Source of the DNA: Octopus vulgaris
Lineage: Eukaryota
Length of the DNA stretch: 64,000 nt
Reading direction: 5' to 3'
NCBI GenBank assembly: GCA_951406725.2
Contig: OX597839.1
Coordinates: 30,380,001-30,444,000, forward strand
Shown here in pieces: positions 1-12,890 of the stretch. Made by a program: the position numbers and the translations under genes. Position 1 is the stretch's first letter, and every line of letters begins with the position of its first letter. The notes beneath the pieces are model-generated. The model searched no databases, was not told the DNA's origin, and saw nothing but the letters and a program-made list of their open reading frames with translations.

Positions 1-450
1 AAGTGAAGACAGTTGATCGTTTCTGGCCCTTTATCTCTGCAAACCAAGGACCTGACAGGACAGAGATGTGCATCCGTGTATATTAGTGAGGGGTGGCCAC
101 ATCAAATAAACCCGGACTAATACAGTAAAGGACTTTTTTTTTCTGGTGCTCAACTGATTCTGCTGATCCTTTACCTTTGAGGGGAGGGGGTCCCAAATAA
201 TAACAAGACATGCAACAACAATAACAGAAAGCAAAAAAAAAAAGGGACAAAAACAAACAAGAATAAATGTAAATAATTTCAAAAGAAAGAGAAAGCTGAA
301 GGTGGGGAGTTGGTGGAGAGAAATGGGGGTCAAGGAGTCAGAGAGGTATAAAGGGTCAGAATGGAAGAGGTGAGAGATGGGTGTCTATAGGGGATAGTAG
401 TATTGATGGAGGTGGGGGGATCTTTAGGGCTAGTATTCCAGTCTCTAAGA

Positions 451-739
451 CACTGGTACTTAACCATTTGTTTCATCTATGGACCTCTTTGATTACTTCT
501 TTATTCTGGCAGACCCCTATTTTGTTTTCCCTGCATTCACTTGTGTAGGTTGAACCCTGTAAGCCGTCAGAGAAACAACCTCAGCTCTTTCTTGCAATAA
601 ATACATCGAATGTAAAATTTTTTTTATGAACCCTGGAAAATACTATTGTAGATCCCCGGTTTACAATTTTGCTTGTGTGGACCCCAAAAATCTAATATGA
701 AACTCAAGGGTCCATATGGACCTTGGTTGAGAGCCACAG
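451..739. mobile_element. hAT (Charlie/Buster-type) MITE
   Basis: Degenerate TIRs cactggtacttaacc...ggttgagagccacag flanked by a perfect 8-bp TSD ctctaaga (443-450, 740-747); interior resembles 58808-59180. Confidence 0.8.
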
Positions 740-849
740 CTCTAAGAAATTCATTTTGAAATTGCATGGTTTTAGGTCTGACCCTACCATGTGATTGATA
801 CCTTGGGCAAGATTTTCTACCCTAGCCACCTTTTTTTCCCATAAGAATC

Positions 850-1200
850 AGGGAAGCCAGTGCTCTACTCTAGCTTGAGGTTTCTTGGAATGAAATATGA
901 CAATCAGGCAATAGTACGTGATCAAAGCAATCATTCCCACTTGACCTTTAAGGGGCAACTTTCTCCTGACCCACTTCTGAATGAGACTGGCCACTCCCAC
1001 CACCTCTTCCCAGCTCCTGTCCACCTGGAGGTCCAGACTAAGTCTAATGACAGGATTCATCACTGGTCAACATGGATTTGCTTCTCCAAAGGCCAAGGGA
1101 CAAAGTTATCCAATGGCCCCAGGCGATGTCTGCTCCTCCATACTGTCCGTGTTCATCATGTCCAAAGTGCCCAACACCATAACGGTGATGTTGTCTTCAT
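850..1200 (+). pseudogene. Possible degenerate Ty3/Gypsy RNase H fragment
   Basis: GKPVLYSS (cf. xxPVAYAS) and RVHHVQSAQHHNGDVV (cf. IxHRPGxxHxNADAL) occur in the order expected for Gypsy RNase H; heavily decayed. Confidence 0.3.
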
Positions 1201-1598
1201 ATACGGACACAGCTCTTCTGTGACCCAGTTCAAGCTAGACACTACTCCCCACCGTCTCTGCAGTTCCAAAGCCAAAACCTGCAGGAGAGGGAGACAGCCT
1301 TTTGATGCCAACCAGTTTCAAACAAATGACAAAGTTCACCTCAGCATCATCTGAACTCAGAATGCACAGAGTTGGAACAAATACTTTCACAACATTCTTC
1401 AATCTTATGTTCTAACGACATTCTCCATTTTACAACCACCCACCCCCACCCACACACTCTCTCTCTCTTTCTTTCTCTCCACATACACTCTTCCTTCTCT
1501 CTCACCTCACACACATACCATACACTCTCTTTCTCTCTCTCTCTACACACACACACACATGGTGTAGAAAGCAGAACTATTCCTGTTAAATGACTCAC

Positions 1599-1622
1599 TG
1601 CTTCTGAGAAATTTGTCATCTG
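1599..1622 (-). CDS. Candidate 24-nt phase 1-1 microexon of the minus-strand gene, (A/S)DDKFLRS
   Basis: Minus strand tctttgttttctacttcag|CAGATGACAAATTTCTCAGAAGCA|gtgagt: pyrimidine tract, NAGNAG acceptor and consensus donor; phase 1 matches the donors at 8890 and 51664. Confidence 0.55.
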
Positions 1623-2223
1623 CTGAAGTAGAAAACAAAGAGATATTTAATGGGGGGGGGACACACAAACAGGTATCTTACTTCCCCCCTCACCCTTTCA
1701 CAAATTTAGTAACAATTTTTAAAAAAATCATTTTCCATTTGTGAAGTATTCCATGTAGTTTTCTTTCATTATTTCTTTATTTTCATTCTCTATTTTTAAA
1801 GATTTTTATTCCTTCCATCTCCCCACCTCTTCTTCTCATTCTGTCATTCACTCATTCATTGATCTTTTCATTCTTTCATTCTTATAATCTGATTCATTCT
1901 CATTCTGCTATTCACACCTCATTCCATTTTCCTTCCACCAACTCTACACTTGAAGAAGATAATACCAGTTACATACTGGGGGCCAATTCATCACCACCAC
2001 CATGGCACAAGCATAAAAGACCTGAAATCAAAACATCCTGAAGTATTTCGTGAACTCCTTTTGTGATCAGGGTTCAAATACCATCAAAGCTGAGTTTATC
2101 CATCACCCTTCCTGAGTCAATAAGGTACCAGTAAAGGATTAGAGTTGAGTTAATCCCCAATACCCCAATCCCAGGGATTGGTGGACTTGTGTCTGAGTTC
2201 GATATTACCATCAGTGGCGCTCG

Positions 2224-2441
2224 GGTGGTGAGCTGGCAGAACCATTAGGACTTTAGGGGGAAATGCTTTGAAGCATTTTCTCTGTCTTTACATTCTGAGC
2301 TCAAATTCCACTGAAGTTGACTTTGCTTTTTATCCTTTCAGGGTTGATAAAATAAATACCAGCTGAGCACTGGGGTTGATCTAATCAACTTACCCCTCCC
2401 CTGAAATTGCTGGCCTTGTGCCAAAATTCGAAGCCATTATT
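2224..2441 (+). mobile_element. tRNA-derived SINE, family A
   Basis: Head ggtggtgagctggcagaa, B-box-like gagctcaaattcc, conserved central block ttatcctttcagggttgataaaataaataccag, (TTA)n-type tail; many copies in window. Confidence 0.8.
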
Positions 2442-4421
2442 ATCTGTGGCTCTCTACATACTGAGTTCAAATCCCATCATAGCTCACTTTGCTTTTCATC
2501 CTCCCAGTCATGTAAATACCAGTGAAATGATGGGGGTGGTGTCAACTGATCCCCTTTCCTTCAAAATCGTGCCAATGTTCAGAGTTTCCCTATCCACCCC
2601 CTTGATGCAGGGTACAATACCCCCATTACAGGGTACAAAGGAATATGACCCCTCTCACTTCAACTCCATCATGATCCAAGCTGATCCCTATTCTCTCTCA
2701 TCTCCAGCACTCACTGGACCCTTTTCAACGTAACACTGCAAAGAAATTAGGGAAAGTCTTTTTTGTTTTCATTTTGGAAATTCAATTATTATTATTAATA
2801 TTATCACCATCATCTGCACGATGAGTTTGAAGAAGACTAGGTCTTTGAATTCACTCGCACCACATTCCTTGTAATTTCAAGAACTGCTGAAAATTCACTG
2901 AAGAAATGGTAAAAACATGAAAAATAAAAACAAAAAAATTGTGAAAAAGAAAAAAAAAAGGAAAACAATAAAAGAATAATTTTTTTTTTTGTTTTGTTCT
3001 TTTGTGTTTTGTTTAGAATCTGTAGGTTGTTGTTGTTGTCATTTAACCCAAGGTCAGCTGTGAACAAGCAGACTTTGTAATAAAAAAATGTTCCAAGTGT
3101 GACCCCCCCCATGCCCTCCATTGGTGTTTACATATCTTGGACTACATCAGGCAAAGCCACACCACCTGTTTGTCTGAATACAAATGTTTAAGAAACAAGT
3201 CTGTCACAATTTGTTGGATGACAATAAAACGAAAGAGACAGCAGGAAACACAAAACTGTGACAATCACAAAACAGCCAGAAGCCTGTTGTGTGATCGTTA
3301 TGTAATCTCGTTATGGCATAAATTAAACGGCATTGATAACATTTAAGGTGTGTAGAGTTCACCATTAATAGGCATATTTGTCTGACATTGTCAACAATGA
3401 ACAAGGACATCACATGAGAGAAGAAGACTGGGAATGGTGTGTCCAGATGTGACCAACCAGTCGAATGCCATTTATAAACAGGGATCATTTAGCTGTTTCT
3501 CCAGAGACTGGAAAAACTATGACCAACCTTAATTTTCAAATGTTACTGAATTCTCATTGCAGGCATCGACATTAATTTGAACACTCACAGAGAAATAAGC
3601 GGCCAGTCTGTTTCCAAACTCAGCATTTACAGAAAACTGGGGCCGCTAATTTGCATACTCTGAGTTTTAGCCGGTTATTTGAAATTAGCAGGGGTTGAAA
3701 GTGTGTGTTGGGTACTCTAAACAACTGGTGTCAGCTGTTAAAGTACAAACTGTGCGGTAATGGTGTCATATTATATTCTGATGGGTTCTGAGGGAATTAA
3801 ATGTAAAGATTACGGATTTAATGAACTCCTTAATGAAGTAATAACAATGACTGTGACGCTAATTATTCTGCTAATTTACTGCCCCCTCCCCCAACCTGCT
3901 TTAACATCTGCCAGGTTACAACTTGATGAAGAATCAGCTGAGCAGGTGCAGAGCATTGATGATAATGGGGGGGGGGGGAGAAGAGAAAAAGGGTTTGAGG
4001 ACTAGGGGGCGGGGGTGGATACTAAACCATTCATTCCCTCCTCCTACTACTACTACTGTTGCTACATGGTGACTATACCATAAACAAAGCATTGTCCCCT
4101 CCCCTCCTGCTCAGGGAACTGATCCCTCATAAACTGATCCCTCTGTAGCTTTCATAAAACATTTGGTGGTTGTTGTTTTAGCCCAAGGTCAGTCCTGATT
4201 GTGCAAACCAATCACAAGCATTCTAACCACGACCATCTCATCTTTTCTCACAAACATCATATTATTTAATAAATTATTTAACATCATCTTAGAACTGTCC
4301 CCTCTTAACACAGTAAGGTGTGGGTCCAGGGAATTTTGGCTGCTATTTTTAGCAGGTTGCATGACCATGTCAAGGCTTTTTTGATAATTTGTTGTTGTTG
4401 TTGTTAGTGGGGTGGGGGTGA

Positions 4422-4640
4422 AGGTGGTGAACTGGCAGAAGGTGGTGAACCGGCAGAATTGTTACACTGAATAAAATGCTTAGCATATTTCTTGAAACCT
4501 CACATTCTGAGTTCAAATTCCACCGAGGTCAACATTGCTTTTCATCCTTTCAGGATCAATGAAATAAGTACCAGTTATACACTGGGGCTCGATGTAATCG
4601 ACTCACCCTCTCCCCACCAAATTTCAGGCCTTGTGCCAAC
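4422..4640 (+). mobile_element. SINE family A
   Basis: Same head, gagttcaaattcc box and central block as 2224-2441; head partly duplicated. Confidence 0.8.
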
Positions 4641-5229
4641 CCAAGAAAGGATTTTTATCAAATAGTTTCATTAAACTCAGAAGAAATAAACCTCTGACAT
4701 GGAGACAGCCTAGATATTGTGCTGTCACTGGGCCACAGAAAATGGTGAATTGGAGGATTTCATCACACTTCAATGTCCCAGTTTTGATAGGGTCTCTGTG
4801 GCTGAATGCCCTTCCCAATACTGAACTGGGTTGTTGTCATGGGAACAGCCACAAGTGAAGTTGGCTTCAAACATGGAACACAATGTTCGTTTTGTTGTTG
4901 CTGTTGTTTAGCCCTGAGTCTGCTCTGATCAAAGCAGACCTATGATCAAATGTTATGTACCACAGTATATTGTGTGTGTGTGTGTGTGTGCATGTGTGTG
5001 AGAGAGAGAGAGAAAGAGAGAGCATGAAAACAAATTAATAAAAAGAATATTTGATAAAACAACATTTCTCTGTAGAAAGAACATTGGATCCAAAAAACAA
5101 AAAAAACATCACAAGTTATTCTAGTCTAAGGAAGAGGATTTCAAAGAAACAAAAACAATATAGCATAGTTGAAATTCTTTGAAAGTTTATAAACATAAAA
5201 TTTAGATTATTTCAAGGGAAAAATGGCAT

Positions 5230-6230
5230 AATAATAATAATGGTTTCAAATCTTGGCACAAGGCCAGCAGTTTTAATATGGGGATGGCTTGTTGATACAA
5301 TCAACATGAATGCTTGACTGGTACTTTATCATATCAATCCCTAAAAGGGATGAAAAATAAAGTTGACCATGACAGGATCAGAACTAAGGACATGGAGAAG
5401 GAACCAATAATGGCAAGGTACTTTTTCTGACATTCTAAAGATATTGCCAATTATTATTATCATTATTAGTCATTAGTGCACTGGACAAAATGCTTAGTGG
5501 TATTTTGCTTGTTGCTGAGTTCAAATTCTGCCATGGTTGACTTTGCCTTTCATCCTTTCGGGGTAGATAAATTAAGTAACAGTGAAACATTGGGGGTCGA
5601 TGTAATCAACTTCTCCCACCAAAAATGGCTGCCCTGTGGCAAAATTTGAAATTATTAATTAAAGCAGTGATTGGTGGAATGCTGAGTGGCATTTCCTCCA
5701 TATCTTTACGTTCTGAGTTCAAATTCTGCTGAGGTCAACTTTGCTTTTCATCTTTTCAGAGTCAAATACCAGTGAAACACTGGGGTCAATGCAACTGAGT
5801 AGGCCCTCCCCACAAAGGATTATTATTATTGGCAAGCTGGGCAGAACACTTGGTGGTATTTCGTTGAGCTGGCAGAAACGTTAGCACGCCGGGCGAAATG
5901 CTTAGCAGTATTGTGTCTGCCGCTACGTTCTGAGTTCAATTCTGCCGAGGTCGACTTAGCTTTTCATCCTTTCGGGGTCGATAAATTAAGTACCAGTTAC
6001 GCACTGGGTCGATTTAATCGACTTAACCCGTTTGTCCTCTCTGTGTTTAGCCCCTTGTGGGTAGTAAAGAAATAGGTATTTCGTCCAACCTTATGTTCTG
6101 AGTTCAAATTCTGCCGAGGTCGACTTTGCCTTTCATCCTTTTGGGGTCAATAAAATAAGTGCACTGGGGTTGATGTAATCAACTGAACCCCTCCCCCAAA
6201 ATTTCAGGCCTTGTGCCTATAGTAGAAATG

Positions 6231-6263
<33 letters not shown>
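5230..6263. mobile_element. Cluster of about five SINE family A copies (one minus, rest plus, partly nested)
   Basis: Repeated ttctgagttcaaattctgccgaggtcgactttgcctttcatcctttcggggtcgataaa blocks; final (TTA)n tail 6232-6263. Confidence 0.85.
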
Positions 6264-6265
<2 letters not shown>

Positions 6266-6877
6266 AAGAAAATGAAACTAGAATGCTGTTGAAGTAGCAA
6301 AACGTGAGACGTTGGTTGGTTTGGTTTGGTTGATGTTTATCATGAAAGAAACAGTTAAAAAAAAAAAGGATTTTCTTTCGTCAAACAATGATAAAGCAAG
6401 ATTTTGGAAAAGAATTGAAAGGAAAAAGTAAATAACTTGTTGTTGTTGAATCTCAGGTCTGCTTTTGATCAAATCCCTCCAACCATTTTATTTCTATTGT
6501 TGTTTCTTTCCCCCACCCAGGGATTGTGTACCTAGGACTACATTATCCACTATGTTCCATTTTATTTTAAAGTAGCAAGGAAACTTGCTACTATTTCTAG
6601 CACAGCAAGTGACCATGTAGAGATTGGTTGTTGTCTAGCGAATGGTGAGTGTTTGACTGAATCAGTAAACATAAGCCACAGAGGTTTTACACAGCCAAAT
6701 GATTAACAGCAACCCCTGGGGAACATATTTGCCAAATCTTATTTAACAAGGTTGTGGTTGAGATTGAACTTGGGACTCATGATTGCCAGCCAAACAGAAT
6801 TGTTATCTCATTTTCCCATCTTTATTTATACACAAATGGTATGAACACTTGTTTACATATATCCACTTAATATATTG

Positions 6878-7204
6878 GCACTCTGCCAGTTATGGTGAGG
6901 AGTGTTCCAGTTGATCCGATCAACAGAACAGCCTGCTTGTGAAATTAATGTGCAAGTGGCTGAGTACTCCACAGACATGTGTATCCTTAATGTAGTCGTC
7001 AGGGAGATTCAGTGTGACACAGAATGTGACAAAGCTGGCTCTCCTTTGAATTACTGGTACAACTCCTTTTTGCCAGCAGAGGGGAGACTGGAACAATGTG
7101 AAATAAAGTGTCTTCTCAAAGACACAATGCACTGCCAGGAATTGAACCTGTGACCTTACAACTGAGTGCTGGACACCCTAACCACTAAGCCAACATGCCT
7201 TCAC
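6878..7204 (-). mobile_element. tRNA-derived SINE, family C (diverged copy)
   Basis: Colinear with the full-length copy at 40912-41297. Confidence 0.8.
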
Positions 7205-8489
7205 ACTCTTATGTATTCCCACCACAATGACAAGGGAGAGACAAGATATCGATGATGTGTGACACAAAGAAAACCATTGCAACATGTGCCATGTGGAGTG
7301 TCTGGTGAGAAAGCCTGGCATTGTCCAGCGTTTGTTCTGTGTTGGTTGACCGATGGAGGAAGTGACGACATTGAGGGGTGAGGTGTTACAAAAGGAACAC
7401 CAATGGGTGACTGCTGTTGCATGGTCTGGACCAAGCAACGGTGAAACTCAGTGTTTAAACAACAGGAAACCATTTGGGAATGTTTAGATTTTTTTTTTAT
7501 CTGGACATGTGGGGCTTTTAATAAAAGGGTCAACAACTTTACCACTGTTTTATAGTAACAACCTTAAGGAAAGTAACAAAACAGCAAAAGAAACACAGAC
7601 ACACACAAAGAAAGAAACATACTGATACACACACACACACTGATATATGTACATAGACAGGCATACGTATACACACACAGACAGGCATGCACACACAGAG
7701 AAAGGCATATATACACACATACACACACACTTCTGCTGGTAAAACTGTCTGTAAAAATGAATACTGAAATCATATCTCAAAAACATCTTATTAATTAGTA
7801 AAATGTTTCTAATGACAACATTAAAATAATGATTATTGGATTAAATGTTGGCTTTAGTTGGATCTGTTGTGGAAATTCCTGATAATCTCTCAGAGATGCT
7901 GCAGCTTTATCTGATGAATTCTTCAACTGAATTCCTTCATCTACAGAATTCTAGAAGAATATTTAAAGAATTTTGTAAAATTGTAATAAACACTCAATGA
8001 ATTATTAACAATAACAGCAACAAATCAATACTGGTATCATTATTATTATTATTATTACTGTTTGGTAGTTTGAGGTAAATTTCTACAGCATCCCCTGCTA
8101 CATCTCCATCTTGCTGCGGTGTGTGCAGCATTTGTGCAGTTGGGGGTGTGCAAACTCTTTCTGGTATTGTACTGTGTTTGTTGGGTTTTTTTTCTCTTAT
8201 ACATAATGGCATTTCTTTCAATCTTATGTTCTAAGTTCAAATTCTGCCAGGGTCAACTCTGTTTTATTCTTTCAGGATTGTAAAAATAAAATTCCTGTCA
8301 AATCCAGGAGTCAATGGCTGACACCCACTCCCCTTAAATTTGCTAACCTTATGCCAAGATTTGAACTTGTTGTTTCTTACATAGACACAGGGTCTCAAAT
8401 TGGACGAAGGGAGCAGTCAATAATAAGAGACCCAGGACTGGCACTTCAACAGAAGAATGTTAAAGAAAGTTGACTTTGACATAACATAA

Positions 8490-8710
8490 TAATAATGATT
8501 TCAAATTGTGGCACAAGGCCAGCAATTTCAAAGGAGGAGATAAGTTGATTACATTGACACCAGTGCACAACTAGTACTTATTTTATTGCCCCTGGAAGGG
8601 ATGAAAGCCAAAGTTGACCTTGGCAGAATTTGGGCTCAGAACATAACGATGGACGAAATACCGTTAGGCATTTAGCTTGGTACGCTAACGATTCAGCCAG
8701 CTCACCACCA
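8490..8710 (-). mobile_element. SINE family A
   Basis: Reverse complement of the family A head, central block and tail. Confidence 0.8.
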
Positions 8711-8889
8711 AAGTAGTAGTAGTAGTAATAATAATAATAATGATGAAAACAATAATAATAATAATGATAATAATAATGTGAATAGCTAAATTCCAGAGAA
8801 AAGAAAGAAGATTATTTCAAAGAAGATAAATGTTAAGTTGGAATGGAACTGAAACGAAGAGAAATATTTGTGATGTGAATAAAACTTAC

Positions 8890-8980
8890 CTGATTTTGTT
8901 GCCGATTTCAAAGGAGCATCAATGGACTCATAGAAATCATCATCATCATCATCATCATCAACTCTATTAGTGTGCTTAAC
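8890..8980 (-). CDS. Internal coding exon (91 nt, phase 0 to 1): VKHTNRVDDDDDDDDFYESIDAPLKSATKS
   Basis: Acceptor ctctctccctctattttcag and donor TCAG|gtaagt; open frame; phase 0 start matches the 21071 donor; acidic tyrosine motif. Confidence 0.8.
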
Positions 8981-9571
8981 CTGAAAATAGAGGGAGAGAG
9001 AGAGAGTGAGTGGAGGGATAGAATAAAGAGAGAATGGAGGGAAGCTGAGGGATGGAGAGTGAGTGAGAGTTAGGTAGAGAAAGAGAGAGTGAGACAGAGA
9101 GGGAGAGAGAGAAAGGAGTGGAGATGTAATGGCATAATGGTTGATGTTGCTGTTGGTGGTGTGAGAGAGGAGATAAGAAAGATAGGTAAAGAACAGAAAG
9201 AGAGAGATGAGAGTAGTGGAAGGAGAGAAGGGGAGTTTGATGAGAGAGAGAGGGGGGCAGAGGGACGGGTGATGAGAGATAAAAGAGAAAAGTGAATGTG
9301 GGAAGCCGGGGAAAGAGATTGAACACACAGAAGGGGGAGGAGAGAGAGAGATGAGGAAAAGGATAAGATTGAAAATGGAGAGTAAAAGGAGGAGGAGAGA
9401 GATCAACAGAGATAGTAAGGGACATCATCATCATCATCTTTTACTTCTTTCAGATAGATAGAGAGAGTGTGTGTGTGTGGAGGATAAAGAAGGAGACGAA
9501 ATAAAAGATGGAATTGAAGATGCAACAACAGAAACAAGAGCAACAAGAGTAAAGAAAAAAGTGTAAAAGGA

Positions 9572-9610
<39 letters not shown>

Positions 9611-11137
9611 AAAATAAAGAAAAAGGAATGAGAGAGATGTGAGTGTCTAATTGTATAACATGTCTCTCAACAGCAGGGTAGAGGCTGTGGGCTGGGGTAG
9701 GGCAGTAATGCTGGAAGTGGGTATTTAGAAATGTATAACAATTTATATAACATGTATACAAATACACGGAAATATACACCACGTGTATATACATACATAC
9801 ATATGTATATCGTAAAAATACACATACACCAAAAATCCAATGCTGAACGACTAAAAATAGCAAAAAGTAAGGAAGTTTTTTAAACATCAGTGAGAGGAAA
9901 ACTAAAATATTTAGAGAAAAATTCAAGAGAACAAAAAGAGAAAAAAATTGGTTTAGAGAGATTGTTAATGGAGAAAGAGGAAAGAGAAGAGTTCGGACGG
10001 AATGGATAATATTTGGAAGTGGAGAGATTTAAAATAGAGGAAAATATATAAGGAACGCTACAAGAGTGACAGAGCTGGAAATGGCTGGGGTTGAACTCTA
10101 AGCCACACACTGATTGGTTAAATTAAGGTTTGGAAGCTTCAGTCTGCCAGAGCCCCTCAGGAGGTATCTGAAGGGAAAATTTAATCATTTCACTCCAATT
10201 GTTAAATGTGAGGCAAAAATGTTCACCAGAAGATTGTTATAAAACATGAAAGCACTTGTGATATGTAAAGTGGTGAAATTGTTAAAACACAAAAATATAA
10301 TGTGAAGATTTAATTATGTTGGAGTTTGATGAACCAGCACACACACACACACACACACACGTAGCCAGATGAGGTTTGACAGGTTCAGAGGAACACAATC
10401 GGAGCTTCAGGAAAATTACAGAGATAATAGGGGATCTATTTTCATATTTGAGAAACCTCTCAGTTAAAATTTTCGACACACACACACACCTGTATTTTTG
10501 GACCCTGCCAATCCTATCTTTCTTGTTTCCCCCTCTATCCTTAGCTTTGTCCACTCCCACTACTGCCAATCCCCAGAGATACTCTTATCTTTTTTCTCAT
10601 TATATTCTTGCACCTCCACTCATTCTGGCCTTACTCTCTCCCTCTTTCTCTCTCACTAAAGTACATACCCTTGATTACTGAATACCCCCTAAACTTACAC
10701 CCCTAGCTCCCACCTCTCAACTCTCCATTCCCCATCCTCAGTCTACACTCCTTATCTTACAGAGTTCTTCCTACATTTACTGCATACAAGACACCCCACA
10801 TCCTATGCTGGTGTACATCTTTGATGCTGGTGCCATGGAACTGCACCCAATACAGATTGATAAAGGAGCAGAGAAAGTGTAGGGCTATGAGGTCCCTTAC
10901 ATCCCATCTCACTGAGGTCTATTCAACCTCTCCAGTGTTAGTTCTATGAGGATATCCATGCAGCCTTCTCTATCAAGTGGTTGGTGACGGGAAAGGCATC
11001 CAACAGTAGAAACCAAAACAATTGACATTTCAAATGTCCAGTCTTTTAAACAGAGAAGCAGGACCTGGGTTGCGATGAAACATCCGACACATGACAGCAT
11101 GGAAAAGTGCACATAAAATTTTATATATATATATAAA

Positions 11138-11737
11138 GGAGCATGTGTGGCTGTGTGGTTAGAAGTTTGCTTCCCAAACACATGGTTCCGGGTTCGGTCT
11201 CATTGCATGGAACCTTGGGCAAGTGTCTTCTATTATAGGCTCTCGACAACCAAAACCTTATGAGTGGATTTGGTAGACAAAAACTGTGAGAAGCCTGTCA
11301 TATACACACACATACATACATTTATATATACACACACACACACACATCATCATCATTTAATGTTTGTTATCCATGCTGATTTGGCATGGTTTCTACAGCT
11401 GGATGCCCTTCCTAATGCCAACCACTCTGAGAGTGTAGTGGGTGCTTTTCTTGCGCCACTGGCACAAGTGCCATTTACATGGCACTGGCAACAGACACAC
11501 ACCTATGTATACAGATGTGGGCATGTAAATGTCTTTGTGTCTGTGTTTGTTCCCCATCACTACTTGGCATCTGGTGTTGGTGTGCTTATGTCCCCATGAC
11601 TTAGCAGTTTGACAAAAGAGACTGATAGAATAAGTATCAGGCTTTAAAAAAGGACTGGGGCCAATTTGTTCAACTAAACTACTTCAAAATGGTGCCCCAA
11701 CATGGCCATAATCCAATGACTGAAACAAGTAAAAGAT
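11138..11737 (+). mobile_element. Composite tRNA-derived SINE, family B, with an inverted RTE-tail insert (about 11345-11490)
   Basis: Head gtggctgtgtggttagaag...gggttcgg, block ccttgggcaagtgtcttc, internal (CA)/(TA) microsatellite, tail cccaacatggcc...tgactgaaacaagtaaaag. Confidence 0.8.
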
Positions 11738-12221
11738 ATACATACATTCTTTTATTTGTTTCAGTCATCTGACTGCGGTCATGCTGGAGCACCGCCTTTT
11801 ATATACACGCAAATATATACACATATATATCCACACATACACACAAATATTCATATATAAATACATAGACACATAAATGTATGTGTACACATACATACAT
11901 TTATCCATACAAAAAATATTCATTTCTACAAATACATTCACACACACATTTATGCATGGACAGCTAGATACATGCAAATGGGTGCATGCAATGCAAATGA
12001 ATGTAAAACCAGACACACGCTCTTATACACACACACACACACACACACACATTCATTAAAACATAACAATGTGTGCAAAACCGTTTATATTTCCTTCTAC
12101 AACAACATAAACATATTATTATATGCCAATGTAGTTTTCATATTCTATACCCTTGTGAATGCATATGCATAAGATATTAAAATAGTCCCTCATCCATCTA
12201 TCTATTTATATATATCATCAT

Positions 12222-12264
<43 letters not shown>

Positions 12265-12551
12265 GAACATATGACAATATGTACCCATGTGAATAATGAA
12301 ACATTATGAACAGACATAATTGCTTAAACATGTGTGCAAAACTGTTTATACACTGCTAGAAAATATAAATATAAACCAAATCCTATATACTCTGGTGGAT
12401 TTATAGCATACATACTTTATATATTCGTCCATAAACATAGTCTTCTTGGCACACCCAGACTTTTGAGGAGTGCTTCTGTAGACGCTTATGACTTTCATAC
12501 ATCCTCACATGTGCACAGGCAAAAATCATGAGAATATACATATATTTATAT

Positions 12552-12890
12552 CATCATCGTTTAACGTCTGCTTTCCATGCTGGCATGGGTTGGACAGTTT
12601 GACTGAGGTCTGGCGAACCAGATGGCTGCACCAGGCTCCAATCTGATCTGGCAGTTTCTATAGCTGGATGCCCTTCCTAACACCAACCATTTTGAGAGTG
12701 TAATTGGTGCTTTTATGTGCCACCAGCATGAGGCCCAGTCAAGCGGTACTGGCAACAGCCACGCTCAAGTGGTGGTTTTTATGTGCCACCTGCACAGGAG
12801 CCAGTCCGGCGGCACTGGCAACGGCCTCGCTCAAATGTTTTTCACATGCCGTAAACACTGGTAATAATCACGTTTGAATGTTGCTTTTTA
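12552..12890 (-). mobile_element. 5'-truncated RTE LINE 3'UTR copy
   Basis: Reverse complement of the 46020-46359 tail (ttaggaagggcatccagct...gcatggaaagcagacgttaaacgatgatg). Confidence 0.8.

Noticed and set aside
1080-1280. Acceptor-like ctcctgcag on the minus strand
   Set aside because: All three frames stop; region better explained as a retroelement relic on the plus strand
8981-9440. Hydrophobic Ser/Leu/Pro-rich ORFs 8786-9406 and 8976-9437
   Set aside because: Translation of a CT/GA-rich low-complexity tract; only 8890-8980 has splice signals
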